Shown piece by piece: positions 14,967 to 25,177 of a DNA stretch of 54,210 nucleotides; position 1 is the stretch's first letter; each line of letters begins with the position of its first letter. Under the pieces are notes generated by a model. It was not told where the DNA came from. It was given only the letters and a program-made list of their open reading frames with translations, and did no database searches. Position numbers and translations under genes: made by a program. Where the stretch lies: the NCBI GenBank assembly GCA_051251915.1, contig JBPOGF010000024.1, positions 1-54,210 of the forward strand. The letters are read 5' to 3'. Origin of the DNA: Akkermansiaceae bacterium (GTDB lineage: Bacteria; Verrucomicrobiota; Verrucomicrobiia; Verrucomicrobiales; Akkermansiaceae).

Positions 14967-17900
14967 ATGAATCAATCCAATAAATCCCAAATGATAATAG
15001 CTAAGAAGCGAGCAACTTTGTGCGCTAAAAAAGGCTTCGCCCTAATCTCGACGATAACTATCATGGCGCTATTAATGCTGATAGCACTTGCGATGTTGAG
15101 TTTGTCTAACATTGAAGTGAAAAGTGCCTCTAGTAATAAGGGCTACGAGGCGGCACGTGCGAATGCGCGAATGTCATTGTTGTTAGCGCTCGCAGAACTA
15201 CAGAAATCAGCGGGATCTGATACGAGAATCACTGCTCCTGCGGATGCGTATTCAGGAAGTGGGGGGCAGACAAGTAAGCATGTTAGGCAGCTGACTGGAG
15301 TTTGGAGATCATGGGAGGGCTTGAATCACGATCAGACTACTGGTCTACCAATGGCTCCGGATTATGATATCAAGGGAGTTTCTTATAGTGAGGGAAGTCC
15401 AGAGAGTGGGCGTTTCTTACGCTGGCTGGTATCTGGGAATACGGATAATTTATTAGATCCGACAGCTCCTCCTTCTTTAGAGGAAGGAAGTGATACGGTA
15501 CCGCTGTTGGCTGAGGGGACACTGAAGAGTGAGAGTGATTTAGGAGTTCATGTGGTGCCAACTGAGATTATGACTGAAAATGGTGATGGGGCGATTGCGT
15601 GGTGGGTTCAGGGTGAGAATACGAAAGTGAAGTTGAAGGCGAGCGAGGCAGCTGAGTCTACTTCGGAAGCGGTAGATCAATTGGCTGTGTCTCCTGGACC
15701 TAGTGGGGATGCCTTTGGCATTGATGATACGGATGAAACAGGAAAGGTGATCTCTCAGCAATCACTTACGTTTTTACAAGGCTCATCGGTAGGGAGTGAT
15801 GATCCAGCTGAATATTTCCATGATCTTAGTACTCATTCTATGGGGTTATTGACGAATAATGCGAATGGTGGTTGGAAGCGTGATTTGTCACTATTTTCTG
15901 AGAAATTTGCTAATGTTTCGGAAGGTTTTTCTTCATTCACGCTGAGTCCGGGGAATGCGTTCACTTCTGGGAAGTATAATAAAAGCTCAGCAACGACGGC
16001 TCTTATCTATCCGTGGATTGGCACGACTGGGGCTAGTTTTACTGATAGTATGAGTTGGGCTGGGCTTGCGGATCACATGACTCTTTATAAGCGTCTCAGA
16101 AGTAGTGGTAACGAAGTAGCGCATGTTCTGTATGGAGATAATGCTGTGGCTAACCAGAACCAAGCTTACCTTAGTAGAGAAGCGTGGCCTGATAGAGTGC
16201 GTCAGTTTCCTGTGGTCGCTCGTATCCATATCGTCATTTCGCTTACGTCTCGGCAGGATGCGAATGACTCAACAAAATACACTCCGGCGATTTTATTGAA
16301 TCCAGTCATCACGATGTGGAATCCGTATAGTGTGGCATTGGATACAAGTAGTGTGGCATCTACGCTTAGGTTAAATCTAAATGAGGTTGCTTGTCCGGTT
16401 CAATTTGATTTTAAGATTGAGGATAGCACTATTCAGCGGGATTTGGGGCAGATAGCTGGCGGTGGAGGAAATACGGCAGGATTGACTGCTCTGATCCCTC
16501 TTAAAAGTCCTGATTTATGGTTACCTGGTGAGGTGAGGGTTTTCTCTCCAAATGGTACCGAAATTGTAAATAAGAACAGCGGGCAAAACATCAATTACTC
16601 GGCGGGATACCGACCGGGGAGTGGATTAAATTATGTAGCGCAAGATATTCAAAAAGATAGCACCTCTAATTTTTCTGTGACAGGCGCGCGAATTTTATCA
16701 GATTTTGGGGGAGCTAACGTACAGGGAACAGGGATGTATTTCACTGAGTCATTTTCTGGTAGTGGAGGAACTAGCCTTACGAATACGCAGAGTATGATTA
16801 GGTCAGCGGATGCTCAAAAGATGTTGGGTGAAGCCATTACTCTGACTTCTACTAGTGCGTCTTCATTGTCCAGTTTACAGGATGACCCGCAGCCAATACT
16901 TAGTGTGATCACTGGCTTACGATATGGTCGTGATACGAATAGTGGCCGGGATAATATCGTGGTGAATGGTATTCATAATATGAACCCGGCAGTTAGTTTT
17001 ACCATCAATGGCTCGTATGATGGCTATGCTACTGATGGTCGATTTGATGTGTTTCCCTATAATATTCAGTTATTTCCAGTGAATAGCTTAGCTGATCCAG
17101 GTTTGCCTAGTGGGATTGAGAATGACTTAGAAGGGTATTTAGGAAGTGGCTTTGGTAGCAATGATGGGCTTTCAAATTTGATTTTGTTAGAGTCGCCGAA
17201 CCGCCCTTTGAGTGCGATTGGTGATTTACAGCATTTTAATATAAATGCTCATGGATTCAATGGTCCTTATGTTCTTAATGCTTTGGGTAATAGCCGAGTG
17301 TCTCCTTTTATCAAAAGTGATAATGTCCGAGTAGGATCGTTAAGTGGATCAGGAGCAAACAGAGGTCATGATCATAGTTATGTTATGAACCATGTATTAT
17401 TAGATGATTGGTTTGTGTCTTCTATTGCTCCAGATATGAATGATTGGTCTGCAAGTGAAGCCCGCAGCATGGAAGATGTTTACCGCGACCACCTGACGGG
17501 AGATGAAGCACTACCGAGCCATTATTATAAGCCGGAGGCTCCGTTAGGTGCTTCAGAGGCTGGGACGAAGGCGTCTGAGTTTATTAGTGATGATGATGCA
17601 TGGGAAAAGGCTGCTGCTGAGCTAGAAGTGGAGGGGATGTTTAACATTAACTCGACGTCGGAGTTAGCTTGGGAGATGTTGTTATGGAGAAATTTCAGTG
17701 ATGGGAAGGCTAGTTATCTAGGCCTTACCGATTCGATTCCTGGAAATACAGCTGCAGGTTCTGACTTAATTGAAGGAGCAGGTAGACCGTTCCCTCGGAC
17801 AATGTTAACTTCTGATAGTAGTGCGGGTAATTCTGGCTATGCGGAGCTATCTCAGCCTAGAGAGTTTACTGAAGATCAGATTAAAGCGTTAGCTCGAGAA

Positions 17901-18440
17901 ATAGTGGTGGAAGTTAAAAAGCGTGGGCCATTTTTATCTGTTTCAGAATTCTATAACAGGCAGTTATCAAGTGATGTGGAGTTGGCTCAAGCAGGAGCTG
18001 TGGAGTCAGCACTGTTACGTTTGTCTGAAGGCACTGGTAATGAAAATCCTTATCGTGATCTTCAAACGGTATTCAATGACACGGCAACTGTGAATGATAT
18101 GCAAGCATCACCACAACCGTTAGAGTATGCATTCCCTGAGGCTGCTGAGGGTAACCCGGCTTATGGGTTCCCAGGTTGGACGCGTCAGGCAGATGTGCTG
18201 CGTTCCATAAGTGGGATCTTGAGTGCTCGTGACGATACGTTTACTATCCGTGCTTATGGATGTAGTAAGGATAACACAGGAAAAATCATTGCTGAGGCTT
18301 GGTGTGAGGCTGTGGTAAGCCGCTCTTCTGACTTTGTGAATGGGGGAGACAAATATGAATTACCAAGTGATGATAGTCATCCGTTTGGGCGAAAGTTTGT
18401 GTTGAAGCAATTCCGCTGGATGAACAGAGACGAGGTATAG
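14967..18440 (+). CDS. Large PilX-like / Verru_Chthon cassette protein A-like minor pilin or adhesin
   Basis: N-terminal KG|FALISTITIMALLMLIALAML plus AARANARMSL..A..ELQK..G.DTRITA. C-terminal RGPFLS.SEF.NR, QADVL, ARDDTFTIRAYG and FRWM..DEV, which I recognise from verrucomicrobial paralogues. Confidence 0.7.
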   Translation: MNQSNKSQMIIAKKRATLCAKKGFALISTITIMALLMLIALAMLSLSNIEVKSASSNKGYEAARANARMSLLLALAELQKSAGSDTRITAPADAYSGSGGQTSKHVRQLTGVWRSWEGLNHDQTTGLPMAPDYDIKGVSYSEGSPESGRFLRWLVSGNTDNLLDPTAPPSLEEGSDTVPLLAEGTLKSESDLGVHVVPTEIMTENGDGAIAWWVQGENTKVKLKASEAAESTSEAVDQLAVSPGPSGDAFGIDDTDETGKVISQQSLTFLQGSSVGSDDPAEYFHDLSTHSMGLLTNNANGGWKRDLSLFSEKFANVSEGFSSFTLSPGNAFTSGKYNKSSATTALIYPWIGTTGASFTDSMSWAGLADHMTLYKRLRSSGNEVAHVLYGDNAVANQNQAYLSREAWPDRVRQFPVVARIHIVISLTSRQDANDSTKYTPAILLNPVITMWNPYSVALDTSSVASTLRLNLNEVACPVQFDFKIEDSTIQRDLGQIAGGGGNTAGLTALIPLKSPDLWLPGEVRVFSPNGTEIVNKNSGQNINYSAGYRPGSGLNYVAQDIQKDSTSNFSVTGARILSDFGGANVQGTGMYFTESFSGSGGTSLTNTQSMIRSADAQKMLGEAITLTSTSASSLSSLQDDPQPILSVITGLRYGRDTNSGRDNIVVNGIHNMNPAVSFTINGSYDGYATDGRFDVFPYNIQLFPVNSLADPGLPSGIENDLEGYLGSGFGSNDGLSNLILLESPNRPLSAIGDLQHFNINAHGFNGPYVLNALGNSRVSPFIKSDNVRVGSLSGSGANRGHDHSYVMNHVLLDDWFVSSIAPDMNDWSASEARSMEDVYRDHLTGDEALPSHYYKPEAPLGASEAGTKASEFISDDDAWEKAAAELEVEGMFNINSTSELAWEMLLWRNFSDGKASYLGLTDSIPGNTAAGSDLIEGAGRPFPRTMLTSDSSAGNSGYAELSQPREFTEDQIKALAREIVVEVKKRGPFLSVSEFYNRQLSSDVELAQAGAVESALLRLSEGTGNENPYRDLQTVFNDTATVNDMQASPQPLEYAFPEAAEGNPAYGFPGWTRQADVLRSISGILSARDDTFTIRAYGCSKDNTGKIIAEAWCEAVVSRSSDFVNGGDKYELPSDDSHPFGRKFVLKQFRWMNRDEV

Positions 18441-18446
18441 AAACTA

Positions 18447-19217
18447 ATGAACACACAATTTAAACACAGAACAATGAAGCGACTATTGATGATAATGACG
18501 AGCCTGATGGTGACCTTTTGTTATGGTCAGGTAGAGGGAATTGAGCCAAGCGGTAAGAAGAAAAACCAGGGACGTCCAGTAAAGGTGATGTATTATATGG
18601 CTCCGAGGGGGGCTCCTGTGGAGGCATACGTCTATGCTGGTGCGACGCAGGTTGGTGTGACAGAGCTAACACGGACAAATTTTTCTGAGACATTTGAGAT
18701 TCCCAAAGGAGGACGTATAGGAGCTAAAGGAAAGGCAGGGGGGCCAGTTAAATTGAGTTTTCTACCTTCGTCCCTGAGTGAGGGAGAGGAACTACCTGCT
18801 GGAGCGCCATCGGTGATTATCCCTAAGAATTGGCAGAAAGTGCTTTTGCTGGTATTCCCTAATCCTAAAAACTCTGTGATGCCGATCAGGTTTAAGGCGA
18901 TTAACGCGAGTGAGGATAAGTTTGGAGCAGGTAGTATTTATATGCTTAATTATTCTGATGTTGGCGTTTTTGGAACTGTGGGTGATAAAACGCTGAAGCT
19001 AAATCCTAGATCAGAGAAAATCATCAAAGATCCGATTAATAAAAATGGAACATATCCAGTTAAGTTAGAGTCTCAGGTTAAAGGTGAGAAGAAGCCGCGT
19101 AGGTTTATTAAGCAAATGTGGGGGCATAGCGATAAGATGAGAAGTGTGCTCTTCATTATGCCAAAGCCAGCTCCGATGCATGCTACGTATTATAATGCGC
19201 CGATAAGAGATTTTTAG
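18447..19217 (+). CDS. Secreted basic hypothetical protein, partner of the upstream PilX-like gene
   Basis: Starts 7 bp after the previous stop; signal-peptide-like MKRLLMIMTSLMVTFCYG (alternative start 18474). Confidence 0.7.
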   Translation: MNTQFKHRTMKRLLMIMTSLMVTFCYGQVEGIEPSGKKKNQGRPVKVMYYMAPRGAPVEAYVYAGATQVGVTELTRTNFSETFEIPKGGRIGAKGKAGGPVKLSFLPSSLSEGEELPAGAPSVIIPKNWQKVLLLVFPNPKNSVMPIRFKAINASEDKFGAGSIYMLNYSDVGVFGTVGDKTLKLNPRSEKIIKDPINKNGTYPVKLESQVKGEKKPRRFIKQMWGHSDKMRSVLFIMPKPAPMHATYYNAPIRDF

Positions 19218-19253
19218 TGGGAGGTTAGGACGTCTTTCAGAGCTGGTTGATGG

Positions 19254-21131
19254 TTATTTCTTCTCTTGGTTTGGGTCGAAGAAGATTTTGATGTCGGCTT
19301 CTTTGGTTCCTAGGAGTTCTTGGGCTCTTAGGAGGGCGTCACGGGTGGAGAGGTTTGGGTTACTTGGTGATGAGAAGAAGAGGTTGGTTTCTCCTTGTGA
19401 GCGGTCGCAGCCTTTGAGGATGGTTTCTAGGACGCCGGATTGTTTTAGGACTTTGTAAACGTTTCTGGTGGCGCCGGAGATGATGACGTGGCGGCCTTGT
19501 TTGCGCATGTGCTTGATGAGTTCATCTAGTGCCATGACGGAGGTGGCGTCTAGGTGACGGGCGTTTTTCATGCGGAGGATGACCACTTTTAGGTTGGGGT
19601 CAGCGGCGGTGTGCTGGACTTGGGTGCGGAAGAGGTCAGCGGCTCCGAAGTAGAGGTTGCCTTCTACGTGTACGATGGAGATGGCGGGGTTGGGGCGGGC
19701 TTGTTTGGTGTCGAGTTCGCGGAGGTCTCCTTCGTCATTGACTTCGTATTCGACGAGGTGTGGGCGTGAGGCTTTGCGGAGGAAGAGTGAGATGGAGAGG
19801 GCTACGCCGATGAAGATGGCGGAGTCTAGGCGTGTGAGGAGGGTGGCTGCGAAGGTGACGATGACGACGATGGCGTCATCGCGAGTGGAGTTGAGACAGA
19901 TGCGGATATTTTTCCATTTGATGAGTGAGATGGCGATGCCTACGACGAGGGCTGCGAGGCTGGCTTTGGGGATATTTTCTACGATGGGTAGTTTGAGGAG
20001 AATGAAGAATCCAACGATGCAGAAGAGGCTGGCGTAGATGGAGGAAAATCTGGATTTGGCACCGGACTCGAAGTTGAGAGCGGAGCGGGTGAGTGAGCCT
20101 GAGGCTGGCATGGGGGTGAGGAATGAGCAGGCTATGTTAGACATGCCGAGGGCGAACATGTCTTGGTTGACGTCTGGTCGCTCGCCGGTGCGGCTGCCTA
20201 GGGATTTCCCCATGACGGTGTTCTCTAGTGAGGCTAGGAAGGCGATGGCGAAGGCTACGCCGGTGAGGGTGGCGATGTCATTGAAGTTGAAGTCTGGAAG
20301 GCTGACATTAAAGTTGTCTAGCTGGAAGGGTTTGAAGCAGTCTAGGGTGAAGTTGGCTGTGGTGGTCTTGAGAGTTAATGCGATGATGGATGAGGCGGCT
20401 AGGCAGAGGGCGAAATTAGGTAAAATGGGGAGCTTCTTCATGAGGGCTAGGTAGAGAGCGAGAGTGAAGATGCCTAGAAGGATGGGTTGCCATTGGAACT
20501 GATTCCAGAGGGTGGTGAGGTCAAAGAAGCTGGTGAAGAAGTTGACTGCTTGGTTGTTTTCTTTGTGGGTGCTGATGATTTGTTTGAGGGGTTCAGCGAC
20601 GCCGAAGATGTGCTTGAACTGTCCGTTCATGATGAGGAGTGCGGCGCCGGTGATGTAACCGACGAGGACACTTCTTGATACGAACTGGAGGAGGTCTGCT
20701 AGTTTAAATAATGAGCCTAAGAGTAAGATGATGCCGACTAGGAAGACGAGGAGTGGCATGTAGGCGATGGGAGCTTTAGCTAGAGTGGCTGCTGCTGAGG
20801 AGGCGAAGAAGGTGAATACCATGAGTGCGGTGGCATTCGATGGACCGAGGATGGTGTGGCGGGAGCTAGAGAAAAGGGGTGCTACGATGGAGGCGATGAT
20901 GGAGCTGATGATGCCGTAGTAGATGGGGAGCTCTGCGATGGCGGCGTATGCCATTCCTTGGGGGAGGGTGAGGAGGGCTACATTGAATGCTGCCTTGATG
21001 TCGTATTTGACTTGGCTCTTTTTGTATTCCTTGACGGCGTTTCTAACAGGGAGAATTTCAATGCTATTCTCGGTGAAGAATTTTTTGATGGCGGCACTGG
21101 CATTACTGAAGGTTTTACGAATGGACGGCAT
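19254..21131 (-). CDS. SulP family anion transporter with STAS domain
   Basis: LPQGMAYAAIA, GPSNAT, DVNQDMFALG, ASGSLTRSALN; STAS region GNLYFGAA...LDATS. Confidence 0.92.
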   Translation of the reverse strand: MPSIRKTFSNASAAIKKFFTENSIEILPVRNAVKEYKKSQVKYDIKAAFNVALLTLPQGMAYAAIAELPIYYGIISSIIASIVAPLFSSSRHTILGPSNATALMVFTFFASSAAATLAKAPIAYMPLLVFLVGIILLLGSLFKLADLLQFVSRSVLVGYITGAALLIMNGQFKHIFGVAEPLKQIISTHKENNQAVNFFTSFFDLTTLWNQFQWQPILLGIFTLALYLALMKKLPILPNFALCLAASSIIALTLKTTTANFTLDCFKPFQLDNFNVSLPDFNFNDIATLTGVAFAIAFLASLENTVMGKSLGSRTGERPDVNQDMFALGMSNIACSFLTPMPASGSLTRSALNFESGAKSRFSSIYASLFCIVGFFILLKLPIVENIPKASLAALVVGIAISLIKWKNIRICLNSTRDDAIVVIVTFAATLLTRLDSAIFIGVALSISLFLRKASRPHLVEYEVNDEGDLRELDTKQARPNPAISIVHVEGNLYFGAADLFRTQVQHTAADPNLKVVILRMKNARHLDATSVMALDELIKHMRKQGRHVIISGATRNVYKVLKQSGVLETILKGCDRSQGETNLFFSSPSNPNLSTRDALLRAQELLGTKEADIKIFFDPNQEKK

Positions 21132-21186
21132 GGGGCTTTGAAATCGTTATTTTGATCAGGTGTTAGAGGTAAGTTTTTGATGGCGG

Positions 21187-22287
21187 TTACTTAGATCTAG
21201 CTCTTCTAAATAACCAAATGCCGAGAATAAGTGCTAATGCGTTAGGAAGCCAGAAAAGAATTGTAGAGACGTTGCTGGTTTCATCTCTGATCTGGCCGGC
21301 GAAGATGTGGAAGAGGAAATAACCAAGGCCGATGAGGATACTGAGGATAAATCCTGTGGATGTGTCTTTACGTCTAGCTCCGATGCCGAGTGGGACGCCG
21401 ATGAGGGCGAATGCTAGGCAGGCTAGGGAGAATGATTGTCTTGAGGTGACGGCGTTGGCGAGTTTTGCGCGGTCTTTTCCGGGGATGTCTGGGTTCTCGG
21501 CGAGATAGGTGCGGATCTCGTTGTTGGTCATGGAGGAGGCTTTGATGCGGCGTTTGTTTTCGCTGTCGAAGCTGAAGAGAACTGGGTCTACGTCGCCGAT
21601 GGTGATGGGGATTTTGGTGCCGTTGGTGTCTTCTTGTAGGGCGAAGGCGTTGCTGAGTTTGAGTTTGATCTGGCTGTTATCTAGATCGACGTAGATGAGT
21701 GCTGACTCTGCGTAGACGTAGAAATTTGAGGCGTAGCTTTTGTCTAGTACGGCGACGTCGTGGATATGTAGTCCGTAGAGGGTGTTGTCAACTCTGTCTC
21801 TGACGTAGATGCGTTTGTCTTTGAGTTGGGTCTGGACGACGCCGGGGTCTAGGAATTTATTAGGGTCCGCTTTTACTGCGTCCATTAGCAGGTTTTTGAC
21901 TCTGGCTTTGGCTTGTGGGGCTATTTCTGCATTCAGCCAGAAGCAGAATCCTGAGAGGATGGCCGCGGTGATGAAGACTGGGAGAGCGATGCGTGGAAGG
22001 CTCTGGCCGGCCATTCTCATGGAGAGAATTTCATTGTCTGCGGAGAGACGCCCGAAGACGAGCATGACGGCAGCTAGGAAGCTGAATGGGATAGTGAACA
22101 TCAGTGAGAATGGGAGCACACTGAGTATGAACTCGAAGACGAGCATGGGAGAAGGATGCTTGCCCACGAAGAGTGGGCGAGCTTCCTTGAAAATGTTTCC
22201 AAGCATGAAAACACCGCTCAGGATAGCTACTGCGAACAGGGTCGTAGTAAATAGGTTTTTCCCGATATAGCGGTCGAATCTTAGCAC
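21187..22287 (-). CDS. LptF/LptG family LPS export permease
   Basis: DRYI, GRLSADNEI.SMRMAG.S, FALIGVPLG and WLPN; transmembrane / periplasmic / transmembrane layout. Confidence 0.88.
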   Translation of the reverse strand: MLRFDRYIGKNLFTTTLFAVAILSGVFMLGNIFKEARPLFVGKHPSPMLVFEFILSVLPFSLMFTIPFSFLAAVMLVFGRLSADNEILSMRMAGQSLPRIALPVFITAAILSGFCFWLNAEIAPQAKARVKNLLMDAVKADPNKFLDPGVVQTQLKDKRIYVRDRVDNTLYGLHIHDVAVLDKSYASNFYVYAESALIYVDLDNSQIKLKLSNAFALQEDTNGTKIPITIGDVDPVLFSFDSENKRRIKASSMTNNEIRTYLAENPDIPGKDRAKLANAVTSRQSFSLACLAFALIGVPLGIGARRKDTSTGFILSILIGLGYFLFHIFAGQIRDETSNVSTILFWLPNALALILGIWLFRRARSK

Positions 22288-22314
22288 GAAATCATCATTT
22301 GATATTGAACTCTG

Positions 22315-23871
22315 TTAGAGCATGAAGGTGTCTTCGCTTGGGTTATCTCCCTCGCTCTGGATGGCTTCTGAGTTCGCTGCAAGATGGACGAGTGCGTGGT
22401 AGACGTCTTCTGGGTCTTGGCTGATAGCCTCGGCGATGTCGGTGGCAGTTTTCTGCCAGCCAGTGAGTGCGCCACGGACTTGGTTGAGGATTTCTAGGAA
22501 ATCTCCAGCGGCTTTTTTGCCTGCTTCAACACCTGGTTGATGGTAGGCATTGATGTTCACGAGTGAAGCGTAGAAGCCGACTGCTCTTTCGAAGAGAGCG
22601 ATGAGCATACCGAGTGAGTGTGGTGTGACTTCCTGGATGGAGAGTGTGATGGACTTTCTGCCTGACTCGTAGAGAGCCTTGCGAGTTCCTCTGAGGAAGC
22701 CTTGGAGGTAGTCTGCGCTGGTGTTTCCAGGGTCGACTTCGATGCTGCTTCCTTTTCTGCCGTTTCTGACTTCGATGAATGTGACGAAGAAGTTGTGTAC
22801 GCCGTCGCGGAGTTGCTGGACGTAGGCGTGCTGATCTGTAGATCCTTTGTTGCCGTAGACTGCGATGCCTTGGTTGACGACGTTTCCATCTAGGTCGTGT
22901 TCTTTTCCGAGGGACTCCATGACGAGTTGCTGGAGGTATTTAGAGAAGAGGACGAGTGAGTCTTTGTATGGGAGGACGACCATGTCTTTTTCGCCTTTGC
23001 CGTTTCCTGCGTGGTGCCAGGCTAGTGCTAGCTGCATGGCTGCATTACGAGAAGTGTCTTGGACACGGGTGCGTGCGTCCATTTCTTTCGCGCCTGCAAG
23101 GAAGGAGTCGATGTCGATTCCTTGGAGGGCGGCTGGAACGAGGCCAACAGTGGACATGACGGATGTTCTGCCTCCTACCCAGTCTTCCATTGGGAGTATA
23201 GAGATGAAGTTATTTTCTGAGGCGTATTGGTATAGCTTTGAGCCTTCTCCGGTGATGGCTACGGTGTGGGCGCCAAAGTTGAGGTCAGCATCTTCGTAGG
23301 CGTTTTGGGCTTCTAGCATGCCGTTGCGGGTCTCTGCTGTTCCGCCTGATTTGGAGACGACTAGGGATAATGTTTTACCGAGTCCACCTGAACGGCTGAT
23401 CTTTGTGAGAACGGTATCGCAACCTGCGGGGTCGGTGTTATCGAAGAAGAATGTGGTGAGTTTGCTGTCTGTGCCGAGTGCTTCGTATACGAGCTGTGGG
23501 CCGAGTGCTGAGCCGCCGATGCCGATGATGAGGAGGTTTTCAAATCTTCCGCCAGATGTAGGGGCGACTTTACCGTGATGCACGTCATCAGCGAGTTGCT
23601 TGAGCTGTGCGAGTGGTTCGGTGACTTGTGCTTTGATCTCAGCAGTTGGGGCAAGCTCTGGATCTCTGAGCCAGTAGTGACCGACCATGCGGTTTTCATC
23701 TGGGTTTACGATTTCGCCGGCTTCAGTTTTTACGAGGTCTGCGTAGGCTTTGTCGATCTGAGGCTGTAGGGCATCGATGTAGGATTGCTCCATGTCGGTG
23801 CGTGATAGATCTAGTGAGAATCTGAGGTCTTGGTAGCGTAGTAGCTGGGTGTATTTATTCCAATGAGGCAT
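22315..23871 (-). CDS. pgi: Glucose-6-phosphate isomerase
   Basis: IGIGGSALGP, SKSGGTAET, DWVGGRTS, QQLVMESLGK, HQPGVEAGK. Confidence 0.96.
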   Translation of the reverse strand: MPHWNKYTQLLRYQDLRFSLDLSRTDMEQSYIDALQPQIDKAYADLVKTEAGEIVNPDENRMVGHYWLRDPELAPTAEIKAQVTEPLAQLKQLADDVHHGKVAPTSGGRFENLLIIGIGGSALGPQLVYEALGTDSKLTTFFFDNTDPAGCDTVLTKISRSGGLGKTLSLVVSKSGGTAETRNGMLEAQNAYEDADLNFGAHTVAITGEGSKLYQYASENNFISILPMEDWVGGRTSVMSTVGLVPAALQGIDIDSFLAGAKEMDARTRVQDTSRNAAMQLALAWHHAGNGKGEKDMVVLPYKDSLVLFSKYLQQLVMESLGKEHDLDGNVVNQGIAVYGNKGSTDQHAYVQQLRDGVHNFFVTFIEVRNGRKGSSIEVDPGNTSADYLQGFLRGTRKALYESGRKSITLSIQEVTPHSLGMLIALFERAVGFYASLVNINAYHQPGVEAGKKAAGDFLEILNQVRGALTGWQKTATDIAEAISQDPEDVYHALVHLAANSEAIQSEGDNPSEDTFML

Positions 23872-23907
23872 GACGTTGTTTAGTGTATGGTGTATTAGGT
23901 GTTTATT

Positions 23908-24423
23908 TTAGTAGTGAATGATTGAGGTGACTGGAGCGTCGATTTTATCTTTGCCGTTGAGGTCATCTAGTTCGATAAGGAATGCGACTCTTACGAGGTT
24001 AGCGCCTAGTTTGTTGATGAGTTTTACAGCGGCGGAAGCAGTTCCACCAGTGGCAAGTAGGTCATCAATGAGGAGGACGTTGTCGCCGGGCTGGATGGCG
24101 TCTTGGTGGATTTCGACGGTGTTATCACCGTATTCGAGAGTGTATGATTCCTCAAATGTTTTCCTTGGGAGCTTGCCTTTTTTCCTGACGGGGACGAAGC
24201 CGACTTTGAGAGCGAGGGCGACTGGGGTGGCAAAGAGGAATCCGCGGGCGTCGATACCGACGACTTTGTCGATTTTTTCACCTTCAGCCGTAGCGAGGAG
24301 GAGGTCGACGGAGAGCTGTAGTAAATCAGGGTCGGATAGGATGGGGCTGATGTCCTTGAAGATGATTCCTTCTTTGGGGAAATCAAGGATATCGCGAATG
24401 GCTGATTTTAGTCGATCGGGCAT
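23908..24423 (-). CDS. apt: Adenine phosphoribosyltransferase
   Basis: DFPKEGIIFKDI, DARGF, VRKKGKLP, YTLEYG, IDDLLATGGT. Start set to ATG 24423. Confidence 0.95.
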   Translation of the reverse strand: MPDRLKSAIRDILDFPKEGIIFKDISPILSDPDLLQLSVDLLLATAEGEKIDKVVGIDARGFLFATPVALALKVGFVPVRKKGKLPRKTFEESYTLEYGDNTVEIHQDAIQPGDNVLLIDDLLATGGTASAAVKLINKLGANLVRVAFLIELDDLNGKDKIDAPVTSIIHY

Positions 24424-24527
24424 AAATAAATACAAGCGTATTCCGGTCATAATGCACGAAAAATATGAGTCAATGAGGAGAAAACTGGGTTGATAATTCA
24501 TGAGCTAGGTGCATAGATAGGTTCTGT

Positions 24528-25100
24528 ATGGAAGTGATACCGCCACATATTCTGTTAGGAGCCTATGCCGAGGGAGTTTTTCCGATGGCGGAGGATGGTG
24601 AGTTGTTGTGGTTTTCTCCGGTGTCGCGTGGTTTGATTCCGCTGGATGAGAGGTTTCATATTCCTAGGGGATTGAGGAAAGCGTTGCGGAAGGAGAACTT
24701 TGAGGTGAAGCGTGATACGGCGTTTCGCGAGGTGATGGATGGGTGCTCGGAGCGTGAGGAGACTTGGATAGATCCGGTGATCAAGGATAGCTATGAGGAG
24801 TTGTATAAACTTGGGTTCGGGCATTCGGTAGAGTGTTGGGATGATGAGGGGCTGCAGGGTGGGTTGTATGGCGTGAAGCTGGGGAATGTTTTTTTTGGGG
24901 AGAGTATGTTTAGTAGGAAGACGGATGCTAGCAAGATCGCGTTGGTTTATTTGGTGGAGTGGCTGCGGGATGAGGGGGCGGAGTTGTTAGATACGCAGTG
25001 GATGACTGAGCACTTGTTGCAGTTTGGTGGGTATGAGGTTCCTAGGGATGTTTATCTGGAGTTGTTAGAGGAGGCTTTGGAGCCGATTCTTGAGGGGTGA
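24528..25100 (+). CDS. aat: Leucyl/phenylalanyl-tRNA--protein transferase
   Basis: AYAEGVFPM, TWI, HSVECW, GGLYGV, FFGESMFS, DASKIAL, LLDTQ. Confidence 0.95.
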   Translation: MEVIPPHILLGAYAEGVFPMAEDGELLWFSPVSRGLIPLDERFHIPRGLRKALRKENFEVKRDTAFREVMDGCSEREETWIDPVIKDSYEELYKLGFGHSVECWDDEGLQGGLYGVKLGNVFFGESMFSRKTDASKIALVYLVEWLRDEGAELLDTQWMTEHLLQFGGYEVPRDVYLELLEEALEPILEG

Positions 25101-25177
25101 GTTTTTGTTAGTTTAAAAATTCAGAGAAAAGGAGGGTCTTCACGTTGTCTTAAGGTTGGGTGTGGCATGATGTGTGC

